Source: a virus
DNA length: 64,000 nucleotides
Virus record (IMG/VR): IMGVR_UViG_3300045988_161046
Coordinates: 1 to 64,000 of that record
Direction: 5' to 3' (one strand)
Part shown: positions 19,831 to 28,760 of the stretch, piece after piece
How positions within the stretch are numbered: position 1 is the first letter of the stretch
Layout: each line of letters starts with the position of its first letter
Translations under genes and position numbers: made by a program
The notes under the pieces: generated by a model
Seen by the model: only the letters and a program-made list of their open reading frames with translations
What the model was told of the DNA's origin: nothing
Databases searched by the model: none

Positions 19831-20041
19831 ATCTTCTTCGTTTTTTAGTTCTTACTCTTAATCTGCGACGGAATAGCAGAGGGTGAGGACGAGATGGAGG
19901 CGGCGGTGGCGGGATATTCGACGGCTTTATAGGCTTATGCCCACCTTCAAATATTCCGGAAACCAACACCAGGAAGAATATCGCAAATACCCAAAGCATG
20001 GTTACGATTACCTTTTCCTCCATCGATAACTCTAACGTCAT
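19784..20041 (-). CDS. small membrane protein with proline-rich and basic tail
   Basis: A transmembrane segment VIVTMLWVFAIFFLVLVSGIF is followed by PPPPPPSRP. Confidence 0.45.
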   Translation of the reverse strand: MTLELSMEEKVIVTMLWVFAIFFLVLVSGIFEGGHKPIKPSNIPPPPPPSRPHPLLFRRRLRVRTKKRRRYVVRSKTRNKDLRIH

Positions 20042-20163
20042 TTCTTTCTTCTCCTATTACGTTTATTCTGCAAATACTGCCCGAAATCTTTCGGAGTAGG
20101 AATCATTATTTCCATTGGCTCCGGACGTTTATAAATACTCTGAGGATAATTAATATCTAACAT
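20038..20163 (-). CDS. hypothetical 41-aa protein (below the ORF-track size cutoff)
   Basis: My own translation gives MLDINYPQSIYKRPEPMEIMIPTPKDFGQYLQNKRNRRRKK. Its stop overlaps the next ATG in an ATGA junction. Confidence 0.4.
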   Translation of the reverse strand: MLDINYPQSIYKRPEPMEIMIPTPKDFGQYLQNKRNRRRKK

Positions 20164-20180
20164 TTGTTTCTATACACTAA

Positions 20181-20318
20181 TTAAAATTTATGATCTTTAC
20201 AAACATTAAAACATGATGTTTTGTCATTATGTTTAACACACCATGCAGAGGCACGAGGGTCATCGTCGACACTGTACCAAAAACAGTTGCCACAGAACTG
20301 GTCTACTTCATCAGGCAT
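20181..20318 (-). CDS. 45-aa Cys-rich protein, paralogue of 21111..21248
   Basis: The sequence is MPDEVDQFCGNCFWYSVDDDPRASAWCVKHNDKTSCFNVCKDHKF. It shares the CGNC..W....D......WC......SC..VC..H.F pattern and the same length as the paralogue. Confidence 0.55.
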   Translation of the reverse strand: MPDEVDQFCGNCFWYSVDDDPRASAWCVKHNDKTSCFNVCKDHKF

Positions 20319-20322
20319 ACGG

Positions 20323-20781
20323 CTATTGCTTCTTTGGTTTATAAATGCTTTCCAGACTATCGTCTGTATCGAACTTATTGCCGACAACCTCGAAAAAAAG
20401 GAGGCAGCTATCTATTTCTGAAAGCTCGAACAGGTATATATCCGCGTTCTCTGTCCCGTTTCTGCGAATGAAGAATGCGCCGCGATCAAACATTACCGTA
20501 AATCGGGCATGGCTCTGTATATGCTCTAGAATATCTCCTTCAAAAATCAATTTAACATGCTTGTCACCGAAGCCGGTAAACATACAGACGGTCTTTGGGT
20601 CAACATCTGTAACAGAATAGCAAATCGGTTCCAAATCGTCATTCATTGCCAGTGGATGAGAAATATAGTACCGATTATTAGTACTACGATTGAAATTACC
20701 AAAAACCCAACTTCCTGGAGGAAAAAGCAAATCCCTTTCATCGATGCTTTTTGCTTTAAATCTTATAAGTTCAGCTTCCAT
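20323..20781 (-). CDS. YopX-family protein
   Basis: It carries DPKTVCMFTGFGDKHVKLIFEGDIL and a C-terminal FEVVGNKFD, which resemble the YopX signature. The assignment is from memory. Confidence 0.55.
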   Translation of the reverse strand: MEAELIRFKAKSIDERDLLFPPGSWVFGNFNRSTNNRYYISHPLAMNDDLEPICYSVTDVDPKTVCMFTGFGDKHVKLIFEGDILEHIQSHARFTVMFDRGAFFIRRNGTENADIYLFELSEIDSCLLFFEVVGNKFDTDDSLESIYKPKKQ

Positions 20782-21106
20782 AATCTATACCTTTCTTTTT
20801 TAGATACTCTTTTGCTGCATCAAAGCTGTCAAACTTCATAGGGCGATTGAAACGATCATTCAGATACCTGTATCTCTGCCACCAATGTTTTTTATACTTA
20901 ATGAAGTACTTCACTTCATCCGTAAAACTCGGGAGTTTCTCCCCATTAAAGAATTTGGGGAAACGAACCGAAATAATTTTTATCTTCATACTACTATCCT
21001 TTTTAAAGTAAAAATACTCAGCTACCTGCTCCATCAACACGATAAGGGATATTGCGAATATCGCAAGAAGTATGAGCTGTAAATCCAAACATTGCACAAG
21101 TGTCAT
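20771..21106 (-). CDS. hypothetical protein; the core (from the alternative start at 20989) is a paralogue of 22723..22944
   Basis: MKIKIISVRFPKFFNGEKL...KHWWQRYRYL...PMKFDS aligns along its full length with MKIKIVSLYFPSFFNGDRL...KHWWQRYKYM...PMKFDS. Confidence 0.6.
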   Translation of the reverse strand: MTLVQCLDLQLILLAIFAISLIVLMEQVAEYFYFKKDSSMKIKIISVRFPKFFNGEKLPSFTDEVKYFIKYKKHWWQRYRYLNDRFNRPMKFDSFDAAKEYLKKKGIDYGS

Positions 21107-21110
21107 ACGC

Positions 21111-21248
21111 TTAACTGAAAATATGATTATCGCAAACTAAATCGCATGATGTTTCTTCTTGATTGTTAATGCACCAGCCCTGGCCATAGGTATCCTCATT
21201 GTCGAACCAGTAGCAGTTACCACAACATTTCTTTTCTTTCTTTGCCAT
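21111..21248 (-). CDS. 45-aa Cys-rich protein (below the ORF-track cutoff), paralogue of 20181..20318
   Basis: My own translation gives MAKKEKKCCGNCYWFDNEDTYGQGWCINNQEETSCDLVCDNHIFS. Confidence 0.5.
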   Translation of the reverse strand: MAKKEKKCCGNCYWFDNEDTYGQGWCINNQEETSCDLVCDNHIFS

Positions 21249-21251
21249 AAG

Positions 21252-21728
21252 CTACTTTTGATTCTGTAAGTAATATTCTCTACCAATTTTCTGATAGTAA
21301 TCTGACAACAAATCCTTATTCTCTTGGCTTAACTGCTCCCACTCGTGTCTCCAGTTAATGTCGTTCGTCTGTCTAACTTTAATGAAGTTTACAGCTGACA
21401 CGGGGATCAATGTCAGTTCAGCCGCTTTACGTTTATATACATGTATAACCATAGAAGACTTATCAAACGTTTTGTCCTCCGGAATGTCTATTATATCACC
21501 AGTATACTCACAGGATATTACACTTCCAACAACATCATTATCAAAGACTACCTGCCCACCCGTAAAGCCTATACATATTTCTATCAAATTACATGCTTTG
21601 CTTTCGTGAAGAGCAAAAAGAGTATCCTTTAAGATAACCTTTATATCTTGCGGTATCGTTTCTTTCTTCATTATAGATTGAAACGTTTCGATATACTGAA
21701 GTAAACTTCTTACTTCTTCCTTTTCCAT
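21252..21728 (-). CDS. hypothetical protein
   Basis: Taken from the ORF track. Confidence 0.55.
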   Translation of the reverse strand: MEKEEVRSLLQYIETFQSIMKKETIPQDIKVILKDTLFALHESKACNLIEICIGFTGGQVVFDNDVVGSVISCEYTGDIIDIPEDKTFDKSSMVIHVYKRKAAELTLIPVSAVNFIKVRQTNDINWRHEWEQLSQENKDLLSDYYQKIGREYYLQNQK

Positions 21729-21750
21729 ATTAATAAAACCTTTTTATGAA

Positions 21751-22185
21751 TTATTTGAATCTGATTACGAACATATTCTTTTTTAACCACGCATCAGGGC
21801 ACATGCCCTTCTTCGGTTTATCTACAGTTATCTCGTCGATTTCCTTCTCGATATACGGTTGGTTATCTTTCGGATAGCCGAGGAGAAAATGAACGTGTGT
21901 GAAAGGCTCTAATACCTCCTTGCGGTAAGTTCTATCTTTCGGACTGTCCGAAGTGTGCTTGAGCCCTCCGGTGAGATAACCTTGCACGAAAAGGCCTCTA
22001 TCGGAAGCACGATGATATTTGGCTACACCAGCTATCACGTTTGGCCTATTCGGTATATCCTTTCTTAACAGACGAATCGTCCAGTATACAGAGCATTCCC
22101 GATACTCCTCTGTCTTCTCTCCGCTAGCTATCTTCTGGTACCACTCATCAGTAAGATGAATGGTTAATATTTTCTTTTCTGCCAT
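21751..22185 (-). CDS. ASCH/PUA-like domain protein
   Basis: The N-terminus ILTIHLTDEWYQKIASGEKTEEYRE resembles the ASCH signature (..sG.Kt.E.R). The assignment is from memory. Confidence 0.45.
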   Translation of the reverse strand: MAEKKILTIHLTDEWYQKIASGEKTEEYRECSVYWTIRLLRKDIPNRPNVIAGVAKYHRASDRGLFVQGYLTGGLKHTSDSPKDRTYRKEVLEPFTHVHFLLGYPKDNQPYIEKEIDEITVDKPKKGMCPDAWLKKNMFVIRFK

Positions 22186-22197
22186 ATTACTTACTTT

Positions 22198-22719
22198 TTA
22201 CCAGTGATGGACTAGCTGGGAACGGAAGCGTATACTTCGTAAATTACCCAAATTCAGCGCTGTTTCCAGCTTTTCGAACAACCGTTCTTCTTCTGATTTC
22301 TTTCGGAAGAAAGAAGAAGAATAGATGTTTTCCATTACTGAATAGAAGAAATTATGAGAGTTCCGGTATAGCTTAGTGTAGCTATCACGCAGTTGGAATG
22401 GGGTATGAGGAAGCGTGATAGGCAGCATAGACTTGCTGAATACCGGTAATACCGTTCTCGCCAACATCTGAGCTTCGTAGTGCGCTTCCCCTTCATCTAC
22501 CAACGTGAGGGGCACAATGAAACTGCGAGGTTTTTTCTCGCTCACTTCCTCCCCTACGATCCAATTACCGAAGTCAGAGACTGTACTGTCATCAACTATA
22601 GAAATTTTGTGCCACAGGGAAGGATTATCGAAATCTTCTTTCTTAAAGACGAAGACTTCTTTACCTAAACCAGCATATTCTTCTGTCGGTTCTTTCTTTG
22701 ATTCTTCTTTCTTTGCCAT
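22198..22719 (-). CDS. hypothetical protein
   Basis: Taken from the ORF track. Confidence 0.55.
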   Translation of the reverse strand: MAKKEESKKEPTEEYAGLGKEVFVFKKEDFDNPSLWHKISIVDDSTVSDFGNWIVGEEVSEKKPRSFIVPLTLVDEGEAHYEAQMLARTVLPVFSKSMLPITLPHTPFQLRDSYTKLYRNSHNFFYSVMENIYSSSFFRKKSEEERLFEKLETALNLGNLRSIRFRSQLVHHW

Positions 22720-22722
22720 AAG

Positions 22723-22944
22723 CTATTTACCTTTATAATCGATACCATTCTTTTTCAGATACTCTTCGGCTGCCTCTTGGCTGTCAAACTTCATGGGGCA
22801 GCAAAACATATCTTTCATATATTTATATCTCTGCCACCAATGCTTTTTATACATGATGAAAAACTTCATTTTATCTGCAAAAGCAGAGAGTCTATCCCCG
22901 TTAAAGAAACTGGGAAAATATAACGAAACAATTTTTATCTTCAT
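22723..22944 (-). CDS. hypothetical protein, paralogue of the 20771..20989 core
   Basis: See the entry for 20771..21106. Confidence 0.6.
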   Translation of the reverse strand: MKIKIVSLYFPSFFNGDRLSAFADKMKFFIMYKKHWWQRYKYMKDMFCCPMKFDSQEAAEEYLKKNGIDYKGK

Positions 22945-22958
22945 ACTACTATTTCTTT

Positions 22959-23189
22959 TTAACTTACTACCTCTACATACTTCAATTTAGCGAATCGGTA
23001 TGAGGTGTATACTCCATCGAGCGTTTTATTGACTCTGGCCGTAAATCTCAGGATGCAGCCTGTATAATCGTGAAATCCTAAGATGATATACTTCTCGCCA
23101 ACATACCCTGCTACGTATGCGCCAATATCCTTTCCCTTATAAAGGGCTGGCTTCCCCCGATACGCATCAAAAAAGGCTTTATTTGTCAT
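22959..23189 (-). CDS. hypothetical protein
   Basis: Taken from the ORF track. Confidence 0.5.
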   Translation of the reverse strand: MTNKAFFDAYRGKPALYKGKDIGAYVAGYVGEKYIILGFHDYTGCILRFTARVNKTLDGVYTSYRFAKLKYVEVVS

Positions 23190-23218
23190 ACGCTATTTGA
23201 TACACATAAACTCCATAA

Positions 23219-23632
23219 CTATTCCTCCTCTTTAATACCAAATGGAGTGCCGTCTGCAAAGGTGTTGTCTTGGTAGCTGTTTTTTGATGCCAGCAAGATG
23301 GAGCTACCATCCGGATCTGCCAAGCCTGCATAGTCATCATCGACATAAACGATATTAAAATAACCTTTTTTACATTTTATCCACCCAAACGGTTGATGTT
23401 TTGACATCTCCTGCCAGCACTCTTTTGCATCCTTGAATGGACGGTACTTTGGTTCTGGCTTAATGCGGTAAAGGTAGGGGCACGATATGAGCATAGAAAT
23501 ATCTATTCCTTCCCCGTCAAAATCTATATCCTTCCAAACGGCTCCTTCATTCATTTGAATAGTCTTGCCTTCAACTATTTTCTGAAGCACAGGAATCGTC
23601 CTCAGGATTATTTCTTTGTTTATTGTCATCAT
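23219..23632 (-). CDS. hypothetical protein
   Basis: Taken from the ORF track. Confidence 0.55.
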   Translation of the reverse strand: MMTINKEIILRTIPVLQKIVEGKTIQMNEGAVWKDIDFDGEGIDISMLISCPYLYRIKPEPKYRPFKDAKECWQEMSKHQPFGWIKCKKGYFNIVYVDDDYAGLADPDGSSILLASKNSYQDNTFADGTPFGIKEEE

Positions 23633-23660
23633 ATTATCTTCTTTTTATTCTCTCCCTGCT

Positions 23661-23702
23661 GACCAGCGATAGAATCGCTGGGGGACGGAGGCGAGAGGTG
23701 GG
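23661..23702 (+). repeat. R1 hairpin element copy E2
   Basis: The sequence is GACCAGCGATAGAATCGCTGGGGGACGGAGGCGAGAGGTGGG. It lies immediately 3' of the stop of 23706..23963. Confidence 0.9.
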
Positions 23703-23705
23703 TTA

Positions 23706-23963
23706 TTACTTCTTGACTTGGCAGGGGCAGGCGGCTGAATGAATGCAGCAGGTATGACCCTTGTCGGTTTCGAAGATGATGTACTCGTGACCTTTGGAGG
23801 TTACGGTGATACTGCTGCCTTTTATCCGGTCGCCTTCTCTGTAATCGGTAATGAGCGCATGAATAAGCAGATAGAGCATGCTAAACATAAAGAGTGTAAA
23901 TATCACATCTGAGGTCGTTGCTTTCAACTCATGAAAGAGTTTCTTTAACCTTGTTTTATCCAT
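23706..23963 (-). CDS. small membrane protein
   Basis: It has a transmembrane segment DVIFTLFMFSMLYLLIHALI and a C-terminal CCIHSAACPC. Confidence 0.5.
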   Translation of the reverse strand: MDKTRLKKLFHELKATTSDVIFTLFMFSMLYLLIHALITDYREGDRIKGSSITVTSKGHEYIIFETDKGHTCCIHSAACPCQVKK

Positions 23964-23979
23964 ATCGTTTTGTTTTTAC

Positions 23980-24438
23980 TTAATCTTCTAATAAAGACTG
24001 AGGGACCTTCAGCTCCTCGCAACCGCAAAGACGGAGAAAATGCTGCAGGTCGTGAATGCTTACTATCTGCATAACTCCTGTGGGTTTGCAAATATAACGT
24101 CCAGGAATCTTTGCTACAGGATTCATAGCTGCAATTTGCGCTATCGTAGCCTTTCCTTGCGATTCATTGGGACAGGTAAAATAAGAGACACCTTCACGGC
24201 AAAGGCGCTGATATTCCTCTTCGTTCTCATAATACAATTCGTAAACCACGATACGATATTCACAGCTAAAACGCTTGGCAGTGAATTTATACTGATAAGA
24301 AAATGAAGGGTTGCCTTCCAACGGCTTCATATCATCGCTAGGAGCAAACAACTGCGGATTCTCCTTTAACCATTCCTCCGTTATCGGCACAAGATAGAGC
24401 ATTTTGTATTCTCTATAAACCTTGCGGTACGTCTTCAC
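23980..24438 (-). CDS. hypothetical protein (an ATG start at 24402 is possible)
   Basis: Taken from the ORF track. The listed start is GTG. Confidence 0.5.
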   Translation of the reverse strand: MKTYRKVYREYKMLYLVPITEEWLKENPQLFAPSDDMKPLEGNPSFSYQYKFTAKRFSCEYRIVVYELYYENEEEYQRLCREGVSYFTCPNESQGKATIAQIAAMNPVAKIPGRYICKPTGVMQIVSIHDLQHFLRLCGCEELKVPQSLLED

Positions 24439-24465
24439 AAAGAATAGGGTGCAACCATCTTTATC

Positions 24466-24606
24466 CTAATTGCTGATACATGCCAACTGGTTCCCCTTCG
24501 ATGGGTCGATAAGAGATACCGGAGCATAAACGTAATCACCCAACTGAAAATCATGCGGTCCGTACTTGACAGGTTCACAACCGCTAATCTTTATTTTGTT
24601 TGCCAT
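24466..24606 (-). CDS. hypothetical 46-aa protein (below the ORF-track cutoff)
   Basis: My own translation gives MANKIKISGCEPVKYGPHDFQLGDYVYAPVSLIDPSKGNQLACISN. It is in frame with the next ORF across one TAG. Confidence 0.35.
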   Translation of the reverse strand: MANKIKISGCEPVKYGPHDFQLGDYVYAPVSLIDPSKGNQLACISN

Positions 24607-24620
24607 TGTCTTTATCTTTT

Positions 24621-25322
24621 TTATTTACCATACTTCCGTTTCAAACTCTCAAGACTCTCCTCTACGATTTTCTTTATCAGATCTTCGGGAAAGTCTTCAA
24701 TATTCATGCCCTGATTGAGTACATATCGTTTAAGCACTCCGGGATAGAAATCCTTAATCTCATCACGCTCGAAATCCTCATACGCAATAAAATCAATATT
24801 CTCGACAGCAAACAACTCACCATCCTTAAAGTTACATCTGACGACATTAATGCCTCCAGGATATACCGTTAAGGCATAATTGTCGAAAGGAATCAGCTTG
24901 CTTACGTTTACAGCAGCCAGAGCAAGCTCTTGTGCTATCTGCAATTCAGTAAGACGTTTATATCCCCATATCGACGGAAGATAAACGTTCGGAAAGTTGG
25001 GGTGGAAACGCATTCTTGAACAATAAAATGACCAGTAGCCGTTTTTTGCCTTAACCAGCATATCAGCCTCTACCCTACCATCAGCATAATGATACACCAC
25101 GGCATAAAGACTGCCAGCATCATTGCGAATTACGAACTCCACATCAACTTCTGTACGCTCCACCTCTCTAGGCTCTGACATACGCTTAACGGCATTGTTG
25201 AATTTTAAATATGCCGTATCATCTGCGTTTCCTCCTCTATAGAAGGTAGGTGCCAAAGTGATAGGGTCTTTATCGTTTCCTTTCGGTAATGGCAGCTGAA
25301 TATCAATTATTCTATGATCCAT
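24621..25322 (-). CDS. hypothetical protein
   Basis: Taken from the ORF track. Confidence 0.6.
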   Translation of the reverse strand: MDHRIIDIQLPLPKGNDKDPITLAPTFYRGGNADDTAYLKFNNAVKRMSEPREVERTEVDVEFVIRNDAGSLYAVVYHYADGRVEADMLVKAKNGYWSFYCSRMRFHPNFPNVYLPSIWGYKRLTELQIAQELALAAVNVSKLIPFDNYALTVYPGGINVVRCNFKDGELFAVENIDFIAYEDFERDEIKDFYPGVLKRYVLNQGMNIEDFPEDLIKKIVEESLESLKRKYGK

Positions 25323-25330
25323 ACGCCTTT

Positions 25331-26410
25331 CTACTTATTGTAATCTACCACGATGTTGTACTTTGCGAGGACGGGTACCAGACCGGTCATTACACCTTTG
25401 CCTAAGAGAGGAACGGCATCTAATACGCTGTATGGGATAACCTTCTTCTTAGGAAGCTGTTCGCGGTTGGCTTCCTCTTCGAGTATTTTCTTGTAGGTTT
25501 CCAACTCCTTGTCGGCATCATCGCGCTCATCGAGAGCCTTCTTGTATTTGGCATTCAGCTCATCATATTGCTTCTGAGCCTCCTTAGCCTCCTGTTTCTG
25601 CTTGGCGATATAGTCACTGGCTTTGAGCATGGTGGAATTGGCTTCATCGGCTTCTTTTCGCAGGTCTGTTATTTCCTGCTGATGCTGGGCTTTCTGATCC
25701 TCTAACTGATGTTGCAAATCAGAGAGTTTCTGACGAAGGGCTTCTGTATCGGTAGCGGTGTGGATAAAATCGAACAGGCGCTCGATGTTCTGCTTTAACT
25801 GGGTGCAGGCTTCAGAAGTGGTACCGATAAGAGTTACGGCTTCCTCGGCGGTGAGGGTATAGCCTGACTTTGAACCAGCGATAAAATCGCTGGGAACGGA
25901 GGCGTTTTCGGCAGTGGCGGTGGCGGCTTTCTCGGCGGCGGCTTTTGCGGCTTCCTCTTCCTTGGCTTTCTTTTTCTCGGCTTTCTGCTGCTCTAACACG
26001 AAGGAGATAGCTGTGGGCATATCTTCCAGCTTATCGTAGTAATTATCTTCCTGCGCATCGAGAGCAAGACGGCCTTCGTATACCTCCCACAGATTGTTAT
26101 CTATGAGGTAATAGATGGCGGAGAGCACCGTGCGTTCGCCGTGCTCTTCGATGTAAGTATTGAGAGGAGCAACCCAGGCTTTCTCTACTACGTCCTTGAG
26201 CCATTCCTTATAGACTACACCCATCAGGGTCTTCTTATCGTTCTCATCGGCATAACAGGAAGCTATGCGGGGGATAACGTAGAGAGGTTCTGTCTTCTGC
26301 AGGAAGTTCTCGTAGTTGATACCGAGAGCCTGGCGAACCATATTGCTCACGCTTTTAAACTTATACTTCTTCAATAAAGCTCGAAGTATATTTTGCTGTT
26401 TATTGATCAT
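25331..26410 (-). CDS. hypothetical coiled-coil protein
   Basis: The central and C-terminal parts are K/E/A/Q-rich heptad-like sequence. It contains R1 copy E7 in frame. Confidence 0.6.
   Translation of the reverse strand: MINKQQNILRALLKKYKFKSVSNMVRQALGINYENFLQKTEPLYVIPRIASCYADENDKKTLMGVVYKEWLKDVVEKAWVAPLNTYIEEHGERTVLSAIYYLIDNNLWEVYEGRLALDAQEDNYYDKLEDMPTAISFVLEQQKAEKKKAKEEEAAKAAAEKAATATAENASVPSDFIAGSKSGYTLTAEEAVTLIGTTSEACTQLKQNIERLFDFIHTATDTEALRQKLSDLQHQLEDQKAQHQQEITDLRKEADEANSTMLKASDYIAKQKQEAKEAQKQYDELNAKYKKALDERDDADKELETYKKILEEEANREQLPKKKVIPYSVLDAVPLLGKGVMTGLVPVLAKYNIVVDYNK
25872..25904 (+). repeat. R1 hairpin element copy E7 (inside coding sequence)
   Basis: The sequence is GAACCAGCGATAAAATCGCTGGGAACGGAGGCG. 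It encodes ...ASVPSDFIAGS... on the minus strand. Confidence 0.85.
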
Positions 26411-26448
26411 ACAGATTCAGTTTTAGAATCGTTGTTTATTGTTTATTA

Positions 26449-27174
26449 TTACTTTGAAGTATCAGGCGAATCATCGTCCTCACCTTCGATAATCTCGAAA
26501 CCATGCTTTCGGGCGGTAGCCTCGCTGCGTTCCGAGCGGTTTATCTCGCTATCGTAGGCTAACCACCATGGGTGATCGGGAACAGAGAAGTAATTGAAGC
26601 GATGCGTCATCATGTTTTTGAACGATGCAGCCGCGCCTTGCATTGGTCGCTGCGGAATGTTTAACTTCGTCTTGCGCTCCAAGCCATATTCTTCTCGCAA
26701 ACGTTCCTTCCGAAAGAGTTCCTTGCGAGCTTCTGACCGACGGCGAAGATAAGCCTTATACCGACGAGGATTTTTCTTCTTGAGTTCCTTTAAAGGACAA
26801 AAGCCGGATACTCGCAATCGGCGAGCACCTTCCCTGCAAGCTTCACTTGTCGGTTTACCTCGGATGGAATCGTACCAACCGTTCTCCTCACAGGTTTTCT
26901 TAACGTCCATTATCTGCTGACGGCGTATAGCTTTCATATCCTTTTTCAGTCCGAATTCGTTTTTAAACCTTTGGAGAGTAGAAAAGGAGATACCGAACCA
27001 TTCCATCATTCTGCGGTTGGAGTTTTTGGGGAAGAGTTTAATAAACTTCTTTTTCAGCTCACCTTCGAGCACATAGGTTTTCACACCGTTGCTTTCGGGT
27101 GTTGCCCTCATCGGTATCTGATACTTCGCCTCGCCAGTTGGCTTGCATGGAGTTTTCGTGTTCCCGAAACTCAT
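26449..27174 (-). CDS. basic protein with possible HTH
   Basis: The HTH-like segment is MEWFGISFSTLQRFKNEFGL. The middle is R/K-rich. Confidence 0.5.
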   Translation of the reverse strand: MSFGNTKTPCKPTGEAKYQIPMRATPESNGVKTYVLEGELKKKFIKLFPKNSNRRMMEWFGISFSTLQRFKNEFGLKKDMKAIRRQQIMDVKKTCEENGWYDSIRGKPTSEACREGARRLRVSGFCPLKELKKKNPRRYKAYLRRRSEARKELFRKERLREEYGLERKTKLNIPQRPMQGAAASFKNMMTHRFNYFSVPDHPWWLAYDSEINRSERSEATARKHGFEIIEGEDDDSPDTSK

Positions 27175-27656
27175 CCTTCAGCCTCCGGTTCTGGTTCTTC
27201 TGGCCAGCCGTCCTCCTGATAACCAGCCTTATGTTCCTCTGCTGATTTCTCACGGCGATTGTCGTAATATACAGGCTGCTCGCCTGCGGCTACTCGCTCC
27301 TTATTATACTCAGCATAGGCAATGGCTAGCTTATCCATAAACTCCTCGTTGGCACGGCGTTTAGCTATCTTGTAATCTTGGGTAGCTTTCTGATATGTGG
27401 CATGAGCTTCGGCACGATCAGCATCTTGCTTAACGAAGAAAGATTTCTTTTCCAAGGTTTGCTTGCCGAGAAATTCTTTCAGGCTAGACTTCTGACGTTC
27501 TTTGAACTCAACTTCCTTATCCAGGAGTTCCTTCTTGCGTTTCGAAAAGGCCTCTCCGCCATCAGTCTTGATTTTCAAAGCAACTTCGTGCTTCTTGTCT
27601 CGCTCCTTACGCAAAGGCGCAAGGACTTCTTTCTGAAATTCTTCTAATGTTCTCAT
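27171..27656 (-). CDS. hypothetical charged/coiled-coil protein
   Basis: Taken from the ORF track. It has an ATGA overlap with the next gene. Confidence 0.55.
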   Translation of the reverse strand: MRTLEEFQKEVLAPLRKERDKKHEVALKIKTDGGEAFSKRKKELLDKEVEFKERQKSSLKEFLGKQTLEKKSFFVKQDADRAEAHATYQKATQDYKIAKRRANEEFMDKLAIAYAEYNKERVAAGEQPVYYDNRREKSAEEHKAGYQEDGWPEEPEPEAEG

Positions 27657-27692
27657 ATCTTTATTAATCTTTAATGTATTATAAAACTTTTC

Positions 27693-28061
27693 TTAGTCGA
27701 AGAGGGAAGGCTGGCGTGCCTTCAGTTCCTCTTCTTTTGCTGTCTTCTCCGCTTTCTTTTCCTGAACTGCAGCAGATAGTATCTGTTTCAGTCCCTTGCG
27801 GGAGGCGAGAGGTTCCATCGATACGATGGAAATAAACTTATCTCTGCCAAGTTTGCGGTAGAAAGGAAGAAACTCCTTATCCACCAAATCGGCAGGTTCT
27901 CTATGGGATAGTCTACCTTGGTAAGGCTGACCTTTTCCATCTACTACCAGGAAATGGCGTTTGCCATTTTCCTCATCTGATATATCAATGCCTCCGGAAT
28001 ATTTGGCTATGCTGAGTTGACTGCATAGCCAAGCCTCCTTGGCTATCACGATTGTTTTCAT
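27693..28061 (-). CDS. hypothetical protein ending in a beta-clamp-binding-like motif (QPSLFD)
   Basis: The C-terminus ...KARQPSLFD fits the QxxLF consensus. Confidence 0.55.
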   Translation of the reverse strand: MKTIVIAKEAWLCSQLSIAKYSGGIDISDEENGKRHFLVVDGKGQPYQGRLSHREPADLVDKEFLPFYRKLGRDKFISIVSMEPLASRKGLKQILSAAVQEKKAEKTAKEEELKARQPSLFD

Positions 28062-28073
28062 TTGGCAATTATT

Positions 28074-28196
28074 CTATAATGGAATAGAGTTGATACTATG
28101 GCGAAGTTCTACCAGTTCCATTCTCGATAGCCACAAATCCTTGTCGCCTATATAGACGTGATAGCGATCGCCTTCCTTCAATATCTTGATATTCAT
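28074..28196 (-). CDS. hypothetical 40-aa protein (below the ORF-track cutoff)
   Basis: My own translation gives MNIKILKEGDRYHVYIGDKDLWLSRMELVELRHSINSIPL. Confidence 0.3.
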   Translation of the reverse strand: MNIKILKEGDRYHVYIGDKDLWLSRMELVELRHSINSIPL

Positions 28197-28199
28197 ATC

Positions 28200-28760
28200 T
28201 TATTTTTCAGTATTTAAATCGTTCTTGATTTCATCCCACATCGCCATTTCCACCTTCTTACCGTCGAAGTGGCCAACAGCAACAAGCTCGCCACCTTCCT
28301 GGGTAGCATCAGCAGAAGAGATAGCACTACTGCGGATAATCATTATATCAAACTCATGGATAGCATCGAGGATGCTCTTCATGTCGATGTGCTGCATATT
28401 CTCTCTAGCATTCTGACGAATGCGCTGAATATCAGCATCAGTCAGCTTACTGGACGTTTTCTCCTGCGCATCCCTCACTGCCTGCGTCTCGATAGTGATA
28501 CGCTGCTGTTCATAAGCATCAGCGAGCAGTTCCGAGTTTTGTATCTGGGCAGCGATATTCAGAAACTTCTTGAACAATTTACTTCCACCAGCAAGCAGCA
28601 TGGTAGCTAAACTCTGCTCAATGAGAAGAGTCTTACCTTTTACCTGCCAGTAGATCAATCCAGCCTTCTCCCACTTCTTGATCGTGGCAATTACGCTGGT
28701 CAGACTATCCAATGTTTTGAGAGCTTTCTTTGCTCTATGTCTTTTAAACGGATTCCACAT
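28200..28760 (-). CDS. hypothetical protein
   Basis: Taken from the ORF track. Confidence 0.55.
   Translation of the reverse strand: MWNPFKRHRAKKALKTLDSLTSVIATIKKWEKAGLIYWQVKGKTLLIEQSLATMLLAGGSKLFKKFLNIAAQIQNSELLADAYEQQRITIETQAVRDAQEKTSSKLTDADIQRIRQNARENMQHIDMKSILDAIHEFDIMIIRSSAISSADATQEGGELVAVGHFDGKKVEMAMWDEIKNDLNTEK

Noticed and set aside
24466-24468. An in-frame TAG joins the 46-aa ORF 24466..24606 to ORF 23980..24438. Likewise an in-frame TAA at 5387-5389 lies between 5387..5989 and 4829..5383. This raised the possibility of stop-codon recoding or readthrough
   Set aside because: TAA, TAG and TGA all terminate well-supported genes in this window, and the tape measure, primase and terminase genes are open under the standard code. 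Each downstream ORF has its own ATG. Sharing a frame has a one-in-three chance. It is worth a look only if the full genome shows systematic in-frame TAG.
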